Shown: one piece after another, positions 1-10,401 of the stretch
How the letters are laid out: each line of letters begins with the position of its first letter
How positions within the stretch are numbered: the stretch's first letter is position 1
Assembly (NCBI GenBank): GCA_013239625.1
Contig: MU053432.1
Span: forward strand, 251,940 to 293,333
Direction of reading: 5' to 3'
DNA: 41,394 nt
DNA from: Lama guanicoe
Lineage: Eukaryota
The notes under the pieces: generated by a model
The model's database searches: none
Seen by the model: the letters and a program-made list of their open reading frames with translations, nothing else
Told to the model about the DNA's origin: nothing
Translations under genes and position numbers: made by a program

Positions 1-1714
1 TCCCCTCCTCCTCTCCCACCCCCGGAACTAGTACCAATATACATAGTAATTGTAATGTTTTAGACTTTCCAGAAACTTTTCTGTATTCTGCACATGAAAA
101 AACAAAAAGACTTCAAAAAAAATTTTTATAAAATACTTTGCTTAGTGAATGCTTTATAATAAGCATATTTATATAATTAAAAAACCAATAAACTTTTTTT
201 ACCCCCAAGGACACGCACATTGGGTGTGCATGCAAAACTCATTCCAGGATCATTAGGATGAGTGGCTTTTCTCCTAAAGTGGTTAAAGTTTGTGATTCAA
301 GGCTGCTTCCCAGCTCACCCTCACCTCCCTGAAAAGCTAGATTGGTCTGTTCTGCCTGGTCCCTTCTGCTCTGAAGGAGAGCCCCAGGTCCATGGGTTCC
401 AGAAAGGCCTGATCTGGGCCAGATTCCACGGGTGACTGTTGCCCCTGGCGTCATCACTTGCACATCGTCCTAGCCCCATCCTAGCTGTTTGCAAAGGATT
501 CCCAACCCTCTAAGGCTGCCCACCTTGGCTGAAGCTGAGAAGGCTCTTCCTTGCAGGCATCAGCAGAAATCTTGTCTCCTCAGTAGGTGGGTTTGGGGAT
601 CACTCTGGCAATGTCAGGCCTCCATATGCCAAGCTTCTTTGCCCCACTTCTGGGCTGAAGGTCATGATCAGAGAGCATGCCAAGTCCAAAGCCTCAAGCC
701 CTGTACTTGCTGTCATTGCCCAGCTCTATGTGGGGCATCTGGTCCAGTTTCTGACTCTTCGCTGTGCACCCTGGACATTATAAGGAGGCCTCTGCTTGGT
801 CTCAATGCCTGCAAGCAAGAGCACTTGACTTGCTATCTCCCTATTTCAGTTGAGTCATAACCTAGAAGCCCCTTCCCTGGAGCCTCTTCTGCCTCATACT
901 CACCCTGCACCCCACCAGCTTCCCTCCTGGTCCAGAACCCACCACACCATCAGAGGGTTTTCAGGTCAGCTCTATAAAGCTGACCATCCTCACTCAAGCC
1001 TGAAGCAATCCCTTCAAACCGCTACATCGATGGAGTAGTGAGTGATCAAGACCCAGGGTAACTCAATAGACTGACATCACACTGGTGTTGAGTATCTTGG
1101 GAATTCTTTTTAAAAGATTGCCATAATCAATCCTCATCTCCGCAGAATCGGCTCCCTATCAGTCTGAACCAGGAAGTAACATACAAATACAAATGCCTTC
1201 AAATAGATTTGCTTTGAACTTAGTTAACTCTATACTCATTTCTGCCTAGCTTGGTTATTTGATTTCTGACTCCATAATATTTGAGAAAAGCAAACTAGGA
1301 AAGGGGAAATCAGTAGCTATAAGGCAGGCATCAGGGAGTTACAGCCCAAGAATGATCACATGTAAGAGTTGGAAAAATGTGAGCCCTCAGCAGGAGGAAG
1401 CCAACAGCCCTGTGTATCTGATATTACCATAGAGCACAATAATGGATGCTTGTAACATAGCCCCGAGTCTCCCACAAACATGGGTCACATTCAGCATCCT
1501 CCCCAAGGCCACCTAGGTGTTTGCAAAGAACTCCCAGACTTCTGAAGGCTGCCCACCTTGCCCAAATTTGAGAGGGCTCCTCTTCATGGCGTATCCATCA
1601 GCAGCTTTTGCACAACCACACTGAAGCAGCATGGGTCAGTTCTCATCATCTGGATGACTATTCTCGGAAACCAATCCAAATTTTTATTGTTGATAGTTAT
1701 ATACTGATACATTT

Positions 1715-1877
1715 TTTTAAAGTTTATTTATTTCTTATTGTATTATTTAATTAATTTATTTTGGTGTAGGCGGAGGTAATTAGGTTTGTTTATTTTTGGA
1801 GGAGGTACTGGGGGTTGAACGCAGGACCACGTGCTTGCTGAGCATGCGCTCTATCACTTGAGATATGCTCTTCCCCC
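1715..1877 (-). mobile_element. Vic-1-type camelid tRNA-derived SINE
   Basis: Reverse complement of the ggggagggtatagctc...ccccagtacctcc...aaacctaattacctcc pattern; 14-bp TSD atactgatacattt 1701-1714 / 1878-1891. Confidence 0.88.
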
Positions 1878-2503
1878 ATACTGATACATTTAAAGCACAA
1901 ATAATGTTATTTTGCTGTATATGTGCTAGTGTCTAGAACTAGACAATGAAGGGGAAAGAAAGCCGGACTGATTAACTGTTAATGACTTGGGTTTTCCGGT
2001 TAACTTGGCTTTCCTTATCTGTACAGTGGAGTATATAACACCTGCCTGAAGCACGTCAAAAGGCCACTGTGAAGATAGGACGGCTGTGTGAAAGTCCCAT
2101 CTACAGAAAGGAATAAGGAATGTGTTTTACCGCAGTAATTTCTCTTATCAAGATTGAGTCATGGATTCAAAGAACAAGAAGAAGGAAAATTACAAGTACA
2201 TAATACTCAAGGTTAGAGATTAAAGTATATCTGGCAGACAGATAATTGATTCAGAATTGGGCACTGCTCAGAGCGGACTTCATTAGGAATACGTGGGTCT
2301 CTGGGAAATAGCGACACCTACTGTAGTCCGCCTGATACTGTAACTGACCTGGAAAGCCGGAAGCCTTCAAACTTGTCATGACTGGTGTATAATTTTAGTC
2401 AGGCACTAGATACTATTACAAAAAAATTAAAATTAAAAAACGGCCACATAGTATTTTCCTTGGAAAAAAATCACAATTTTCTTCTATTTAAAAGTAACTG
2501 CTT

Positions 2504-2624
2504 GGGGGAGGGTATAGCTCAGTGGTAGAATGCATGCTTAGCACGCAGAAGGTCCTGGGTTCAATCCCCAGTACCTCCACTGAAAAAAAAAATAAGTAAA
2601 CAAAAAAAAACACCCTAATTTTAA
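2504..2624 (+). mobile_element. Vic-1-type camelid SINE
   Basis: A box tagctcagtgg, B box ggttcaatcc, A-rich tail; TSD aaaagtaact(g/t)ct 2490-2502 / 2625-2637. Confidence 0.9.
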
Positions 2625-2691
2625 AAAAGTAACTTCTATTATTTTTAATTCAAATTTGATGCATATTAATTGTAGAAAAATTTTAAAACAA

Positions 2692-2890
2692 AATATATAA
2701 AATATATAAACAAGTTTATACTGTATAGCACAGGGAAATATATTCAATATCTTGTAGTAGCTCATGGTGAAAAAGAATATGAAAATGAATATATGTATGT
2801 TCATGTATGACTGAAAAATTGTGCTTTACACTGGAAATTGACACAACATTGTTAATTGATTATAACTCAATAAAAAAGAAAGGAAAAAGA
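2692..2890 (+). mobile_element. L1 3'UTR fragment with A-tail
   Basis: tactgtatagcacagggaaatatattcaatatcttg...aataaaaaag; near-identical to the element at 11294-11599. Confidence 0.85.
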
Positions 2891-3639
2891 AAATATAATC
2901 TAGTAACAACATTTAACACTTTGGATCCACTGGCACCACCATCTTCACCATCATTCTTCATTCTTCTCCTTCTTCCCCTCCCCACCTCCAAAAAAAACAG
3001 TAAATCAAAAATAAAATCTCTCATCAGGGATAATCATTGCTAATAGCTTGGTGTGTGTCATTCCATATTTGTGTGGTAGTGGAAATATATGCCTATTACA
3101 AACAATAATGATGTACTGATTGTCACTGCTCTCCAGCCAAAGATCACCAGCAAGTGGTTGCGCTTGACACTCTGCAGTGAGGGAGAAGGCACAAGGCATG
3201 GAAGTGCGGGCTGTTTCAGTAGGAGGCTGTTAGGAAGAACCTACAACACTTACGCTCTCGTGCTAGGTGGTTTGCAGCGGGGTTTAAGGAAGCAGGGCTT
3301 CGCTCGAGATGGGATGTTGCCAGGAAGCAGCGTAATTCTATGCTTGGGTACCCTAATAAATATCACCTGGAAGGAGAGCTGACTAAAGCTGGTGAGGAAT
3401 AGGTAAAGAAGTAGCAGTCACTTCTCTTAGCAGGGACAGGGAGATGCTTGGTCATTTCTGTGATTTGGACAATGTTCTAGTTTCGTCTGTGTGCAGACAT
3501 CATGATGGAGTGGTCTTGTTTTTGTCTCACTCCATTCATCGCCAAGCGCCCTTACTGGATGTCGGTGCTGTGAAACAGGAGAACTAGTGTGATGCCAGGC
3601 CAGCTCCTAGCTCTCAGGTGCTGCTCTTTTCTTTAAGAT

Positions 3640-4035
3640 TTTTTTCCCTTTCTTAAGACTTAACAATGTTGTGGACATTTTTTCAACTCAATATTGGGTC
3701 TAATTTAACCAAATTTCTCTTGTTGAATAATTGTATTTTTTCTAATATTTTTGGCTTATAATTAATACTAAAACAAAAACTTTAAGAATACATCTTTGCA
3801 CACGTATACTCATTTCTTTAAAATAAATTTTCAGAAGTGTAATTATTGAGTCAAATGATATGTACATTTTAAAGTTTTTGATAGATGTCACCAGACGCCT
3901 TCTGTAGTTTGTGCTAATTTCACTTCCAACTCTAGGACAGAATACTCAATTCCCCGCAAACCCTTGTCAGCACGAAGTATCATCCATCATTTTTTTAACC
4001 TTTGCCAGTTTCAGAGATAGAAATACATCTTGTTT
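3640..4035 (-). mobile_element. Ancient L1 (L1ME-like) fragment
   Basis: agaagtgtaattattgagtcaaatgatatgtacatttt-type degenerate ORF2 3' sequence. Confidence 0.55.
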
Positions 4036-4361
4036 TTTTTAAAGCTTTATTATATAAACTTGGATACACAAAAAAGACCTTGTAAGGCATATATAGGTCC
4101 CACTAGACTACACTAAACTAGACCATCTCAGCAGCTTCAGGGGATTCCAATTAGCGGTACAAAGCCTCTTCGTTGGTGTCTCAAGTCTGTCTCTCAAGCT
4201 GCCAGTTAAGAAGAGATGTAAGCAGAACGAGGTGTCTACAGCTTGCTTGCAATTTGGGACACACCTTCACAATAGTGCTTTTCAAAGTGTCTGGTTATCT
4301 GCTCGCTCATCAGCCTCCCCACTGAATTAAGAGCTTCAAGGGGGCAGGGACTATGTCTCGC

Positions 4362-4740
4362 TTTTTTTTTTCCCTCCAATTTTCTAAACTGTGGTAAAAT
4401 ACACATAACATGAAACTTACCATCTTAACCATTTTTAAGTGTAGAGTTCGGTGGTGTTAAATACATTCATAAGACTGTGCAACCATCACCACCATCCATT
4501 TCTAGACCTCTTTCCACCTTGTAAAACTGAAACCATATATCTAATTAAACAGTGAACCCCCTATTCCTCTCACCCCCCAGCCCACCACCATTCTACTTAC
4601 TGTCTCTGTGAATCTGACCACTCTTAGTACCTCCTATTCTTGGAATCAGACAGTATTTCTGTGACTGGCTTATTTCACTTATCAGAATGTCCCCAAGGCT
4701 AATCCATGTTGTAGCACGTCAGAACCTTCTTTTCTAAGTA
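4362..4740 (-). mobile_element. Older L1 (L1MA/MB-like) 3'UTR
   Basis: T-run then tgtggtaaaatacacataacatgaaacttaccatcttaaccatttttaagtgta...gactggcttatttcactta. Confidence 0.8.
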
Positions 4741-5404
4741 GTGTAAGAAATAAGTTGTTTTATACCACTAAGAATATGGGGTTGTATGTTACTGCAGCAT
4801 AACAAAGCCTGTCCTGACTAGTACAGCAAAAAATATCCAAAAGAACAAGAACTTATCTAGCAAAGCTCCTAAGGGTAGCTTTGTCCTAAACCTTTGTAGA
4901 AGTAGCACGTGGCCCCCTTGGTTTGTCAACTAGGACCCTACAGGTTCACATGTCCTTCTTTCTAAGGACAGTTACTTGGGAATTACAGGGTGATCACAAT
5001 TTTTGGTAAGCTACAGTTTTGTAATGAAACTGGACAAATTGCCTCAATGCAGTAGATCAGAGAGGTGATGGGTTTTGAATCTGAGAAAAGATGAATTTGG
5101 TGGACATGTTTGGGGACATGCTACATTAGGGGGAATGGCTCCTGCAAAGGGCTGGAAGAAGGCCCTCTTTCTTCATTTCAGACTAGTGGTCACTCAACCC
5201 TGTCTACAGTCAGTTCTGCTCTCTCAACCTTTGGGCCAGTTCATAATGCAGGTGCTCTGGACTCAGCTAATTTTTAGAAATGCTGGTATTATAGTACACA
5301 GGAATTTTTCTCCACAAACTCATAAGTTCAAAATACTATTTTATTTCTATAGATCAAGTTAACCTGGTTCTGAGTTCCCAGTTACTTCAGCGGGAAAATA
5401 TTCT

Positions 5405-5465
5405 ATCTCAGCCATCTTGGGGATGGCCATCCTTCATCTCAGCCATCTTGGGGATGGCCATCCTT
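5405..5465. repeat. Perfect tandem duplication of a 30-bp unit (period 31)
   Basis: atctcagccatcttggggatggccatcctt at 5405-5434 and 5436-5465. Confidence 0.95.
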
Positions 5466-8069
5466 GACCCTAGAACCGAGTATGAATTCAGGGCACTCGT
5501 GCAGCTCCCAGCAAAGGGAAGAAACTGGTTCCTATGATTGTGGATGAGAAGCTGACCATCCCAGTCCACACAAAGGATAGGCAGCTCCATCCTTCCACAC
5601 CAAAGCATGGGGACACCTCCCCATGTCTTCATGGCCATGCCTGTCTTCAGCATTCATACCTCCTATCCCACCAGAGTTTGGGTAACTTCTGGAGGAGCTG
5701 CATGGAGGCAGGGCACAGTTCTCTATCACTTAAAGAACAAAACTGCCATCTGTACTTTCTCCTCAGGGAAAGGCCACCTCTGCCTCCTCACTTCTTGTAA
5801 AGGAAGGAACAGAAGCTTACCTAACACCCATGACTACGCGTGTCTTGAAAGGAGAGTGCTGAGAAGGCGTGCCAAGTCTGTGCATTTTGGGGCTTGGAGG
5901 GGAGAATTCCAGCGAGGCCATCTAAGGAGGTTAGAACCCGTCGCCTGACAGATACGAAGCAAGCCTGCAAAGGCCTGAAGCTGGGCTTTTCCCATGAGTT
6001 CTCTTCCTCCACCTCTGACCAGGGAGGTCTAATCAGTCTCAACCAATAACCTTCAGAGAGTCCTTGGAGTGGACCTCAGCCCCAGGAGAATTTTATTCGC
6101 AGCCTCCTCAACCCAAAGGCCTTGCCTGAAGCTGACGGTGGGTGGCAGGCTGGTCTTTGGATCCGGCATCAGTTGCTGACTCCTCCTGCCCCAGTCATAG
6201 TTCCAAGTGCAGGTGGTGAAAGACTCTAGCTCGTGGCTCAGCGCTGCCAAGCCTTGGACACCACGACAGGGGTGCCAACTCTGACACAGGTGAGGGGCAC
6301 CATGCCCACCAGCGGGCAGATCTGGATTTATCTGCAGCCCTAAACCCCAGGCCCAGTGCGTCTAGGAAAAACACCAGTCCCGTGGGCTGGGAACCCTTGG
6401 GAAAAAGAGAGGAAGAGAACTCCTGTTTCGTACTATTTCTCCCCAGGACCTGTGGCAGCCCTCTGAAAGACCCCTCATCGTGGCCCTTCCAGGCACCCCT
6501 GGCTCCACCTAACATGCTCAGGGAGCCAGAGCGCCCTCTGAAGGGCTTGTGCTTCCCTCCCTCAGCCAGGACCTGGTGCTTTACATCCAGCCAGACGGCC
6601 TGCTCTGCGACCACAGCTGCTGTCTCCTGGCCACACAAATTGCCATGTCACAGAGAGGTCTGTCCCTGGGCCGCATAAGGGAGAATTTAAAAACTGCAGA
6701 AAAATCTCTTACTGATTTTATTGCTAGTTTTTCCTCCAATTGGTGAAAGGGATCTTTAAGAATTCCAACTTCGGCTCTGCTACAGCCAAAAAGGCAAGCC
6801 CTATCCCCACACCCTTGAGACAGGATCTCTGCGTAGTTGACCAAGAAAGGTCTCTTGTAACCATGACTGCCCCCCTCTGACTGGGGCAGAGTAGCCAGGA
6901 GGGACAGGGCCAAGCAGATACCAAAAGGAGGTTTTCCTGCCATCGCTGGGGCCGCCTTGCGGGGTTGCTGGCGAAAGGGAGGGAAGTCAGGAGACTCCTG
7001 GGAATGGATGTGAGTCTTCCTCCTGTTGGGTTAGGGCCAGTGATGTGGTGGAATCTGCTTGGTTCCTAAGAGCCAACAGTGAGCATCTCTGTCTGGCTCT
7101 ATTTTCAGTAAGGTCATGTGGGTGGCAGCAGACCACTTCTTAGGCGTGACAAGCTAAGAGTCACAATTTATGGCCCAGGGACCAGAGCCAAAAAACAGAG
7201 GAGAATTTAAGAGTGAGGACCAGTTAGTGAGCAATCTTTAGAGTCGGCAGTTAAACACAAACAAGAGCCCCTTCCCCCACCTTCCCGCTGGCTGCTTTGA
7301 GGTATGAGAGCCCGTCGGGTCTCTGGTTGCCAGAATCCTCACAAGTCTACCTGCAAAAACCCTGCACCTTCCTCAGCTCCCTTATCCACGGATCCTCCCC
7401 CATCCCACCCACCTCCCCACCCACCACAGCACAGAGATAATGCAGTCAGTTATTCACGCTATGTCCTTGGTTCCACACTTCCATGCTATCACTTCTCTTG
7501 GGGCTTGAACTTCCCGCAGCCTAAGATGTGGCTCTCCTCCCTTCAAGCCTGTTTCCATCCTTCCTCAGTCTTCCTACCTTCCTCATCCCATCTTCCTCCA
7601 ACCAGAGCCACTGTCCAGGGACCAAATGCCCCACATCCATGGTGATCTGGTCTCCCCACTCCTTTTCTTAGAAAACTCTTTCCCCAGAGCCCCCAGGCCC
7701 CTCCGAAGTCTCCCATTTCCCCTTCCTCTCCCAAAATGAAACTGACTTATCCCCTCAAGAGAGTGGAGGGATGTGAGGATAAACCAAAGAACGTGGAGTC
7801 TTCCTCTGCGCCTGCGTAGAAAGACGAACCAGGTCACTAAAAGCAGACACATCTGAGGATTCTAAAACCCACAGGCCCTGCCTCCCAAAGCCTAGACACT
7901 GGCAGCTAAGGTCTGACAGAGATGACCCAGGACACGATGTCTGTGTGAGGCAACGACCCCCCTCCCATCAAATGGGGCTTAAAGTGACTGCGTGTGTCAT
8001 GGCTATCAGATGGGGTAAGCTATATGATTCCGGCCAATTTTTACAATAACAGCCTCTGCTGAAATAGAC

Positions 8070-8250
8070 AGTGCTTTATTGTTTATACATTCTCTCATTT
8101 AACCCTTGCAGCAACCCTGAGGTAGGTGTTACCATCCCCGCTTTACAAAGGAGTGAACCGTTGTCCTAGGTTAGATGACCTGCCGAAGATCATACGCTTA
8201 TTAGTGGTAAAACCACTGATCATCCAGAACCAAGGGGACTCTCGAGTAAT
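8070..8250 (-). mobile_element. MIR SINE
   Basis: tctcatttaaccc...caaccctgaggtagg...atccccgctttaca...gacctgccgaagatcata. Confidence 0.7.
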
Positions 8251-8604
8251 TCACAGGCTGCTGCCAAGGAAAAGTGGAGCTGAAAAGGTCAACCGGGAAA
8301 GGCTGGACCACTCACGGAGCTCAAGGGGGCCCCTGACCAGGGATGAATGAGGCACATACACGGGCCAAGACTGGAACTGAGCAGAAGCCCAGAACATCTG
8401 GGAGTCGTGAAGCAGGAAGGGGTCTTTAAGTTTGGTGCGAATTGACAGTGCCTTCAAAGATGTGCAGAGCCCACCTTCCAGGGAGTGGAGACACAAGAGG
8501 GTGTCCTGCAGCTGCCCGTCCAGGGGCTGGCCACAGGGCAGGTGTGGTGGGGCAGGAAGAACTGCCACTCAGTGGCACCACCTCAGCCTGGCCAACACCT
8601 GGTG

Positions 8605-8768
8605 ACCTTGGAGCAGTGGTCCTTTAACTCCATTAAGGCTTGAGAATCTGATGAGAGCCACAAACCCTCCCCCCACCCCCAGAAAAATACAGACACACAT
8701 GTACGGAAGGCATTTTGCATATGGTTTCAGGGAGTCCGTGGACCCCAGGTGAACTCCGGCTTTAGAGC
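8605..8768. mobile_element. MER117-like hAT-Charlie remnant in the SEMA4F 3' UTR
   Basis: ttgagaatctgatgagagc...ccagaaaaata...ttttgcatatggtttcaggg...tggacccc. Confidence 0.6.
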
Positions 8769-9790
8769 AAGGGTGTCAACCTGAGTAAAGTCACTGACAC
8801 AAACCTATCTTTGTGTAGCTTGTATTCCCTATGACTGTTCCCCTTCTGTCATCCCCTGATAGTGACAATAAATTTCACGACATTCTAAATAGGAGCCAAG
8901 GGAAGGGGTCCAGCCAGAGGAAGAGAGCTGTGCATGGCAGTGGTGGCAGCCAGGAGGCAAAAACAAAGAGAAGGATGGGGTCACACGTATCACGTCCTTT
9001 CCCACCTTCCCAGAAGGTCACTTTGGGAGTTTTTCTCTACTCAACAGAAGAGTTGTGGGAGGTGATGGAGAAAGGGCAGTGGTTTGTTTCCTTTTAGAAA
9101 GGAGAGCCGTTCCTTCACTGGCTACAGGGTATCAAGTTCTGCAGGTGGTGCCCGCATTCCTACCTGCCCCTGTCAGCCCCCCGGGAACACGCCCGAGCAG
9201 GGGCCCAGTCACCCGTGCAATTGTGGCCAGGTCTCCTACGAACACCCATGTATTTACACATGCTTTTCACAGAAGAAGGGGGACTGGTTTGGGAGGAGAT
9301 CTCAGTGGATTAGATCAGAGAGATTCCATGTTGCAGTTTGGGGATCATGCGCTCCCCACAAAGAATCAGATAAACTGGGAGAAACAGCAAAGGACTCAGC
9401 ACACATTAGCCCTCAGCCCCTTCCACAGCTCCTCCTTCTGGCCAGGGCCCAACCAGAAGGCAAAGTCATAGCGATGTCCTGGGCCCCAGCCCCAGACTAA
9501 TGGGCCCAAGAGAGTGGGCTGAAGGGGTCATGGGGGTTTAGAGGACAAGGGTGGGAAAGGTCCCGATTACTGTAAGAGCAGTTCTGATCTCCCATGGGAG
9601 TCAGCCAATGGCCTGGCCCTGAGCCCGTCCAGGCCCAGAGAGGGCAGACCTCAGTGAAGTTCACGTGACCACTCAAGGGCCAAGGTGAACTCAGACGCCA
9701 TGATGACTGTCCATGCCCAGTGACCCCCAGAGTCCCAGCAGTCACTCCATTCTGGTGGTCACTCATACACTAGTGGTCACCTGCCCGGCC

Positions 9791-10401
9791 CTAGATGGAT
9801 GTTTCATCACATGTGGCTAGAGGAGCCCCAGTGAGCCGAATGTGGGCTGGGCTTGGGCAAGGATCAAGCAGGAAGGGTGGAGGGAAGCCACCAAAGCCAC
9901 TGCCCCTCTTGGCCAGGGCCAGGGGCAGACGCTCATCTTCAGGAGAGGGGGAGGGAGGGTCCTGGCTGTAGCTAGTGGTCCCAGAGGGCGGGACCCCTAG
10001 GTCCAAGCCCACCTTGTCTCTAGCCAGAAGCTCCCTCTGTCTCTGGCGCTGCTGACGCCGACCGATCAGGAGGAGAGTCAGGGATGCTACGAGAGCCCCC
10101 AGGAAGAAGCCGGCCAGTCCCGCCCCCACTGTGTGAGCCTGGCTGGGGGGGCCCTGCCGGCTGTCCCATACCAAGCTGTAAGCGGCTACCACCCGGGCTA
10201 CCCCCCCCTCCTGACATTCACAGGCATAAGCGCCCATGGACCCTGGGGATATCACCACCTCTAGCCCATCCCGCCGGGGGGTAAGTGCAGTCACTCCGCT
10301 GGGCTGGTGCCACACACAGGATGCCCAGGCTGAGCCTGGGGAACATGGCAGGACGACATGAGCAGCGGTAGCCACAGGAACTTCAAACACCACTGGGTGC
10401 T
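9791..10401 (-). CDS. SEMA4F: SEMA4F exon 14 coding part (Ig-like, TM, cytoplasmic tail)
   Basis: cag|[20 protein letters not shown]...[21 protein letters not shown] (TM)...CDETSI TAG at 9791-9793. Confidence 0.96.

Larger units (their letters stand above)
6092..9790 (-). other. SEMA4F: Probable SEMA4F 3' UTR with candidate poly(A) signals
   Basis: Minus-strand AATAAA (plus TTTATT) at 8075-8080, 6717-6722 and 6092-6097; true 3' end cannot be fixed from sequence. Confidence 0.45.

Noticed and set aside
465..530. Minus-strand peptide ILCKQLGWG (and VLCKHLGG in the second copy) resembling an SRCR motif
   Set aside because: Other SRCR cysteines and the WGTVC spacing are absent, and stops and frameshifts are adjacent; too weak
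2504..2580. tRNA-like sequence with A and B boxes
   Set aside because: Followed by SINE body, A-tail and TSD, with three further diverged copies in the window; a SINE head, not a tRNA gene
3130..3640. Possible ancient LTR
   Set aside because: Composition is suggestive but I could not identify termini, a TSD or a family
4033..4280. T-run plus TTTATT suggesting a minus-strand processed pseudogene
   Set aside because: No ORF or TSD found; the pattern also fits an old L1 3' end among adjacent L1 fragments
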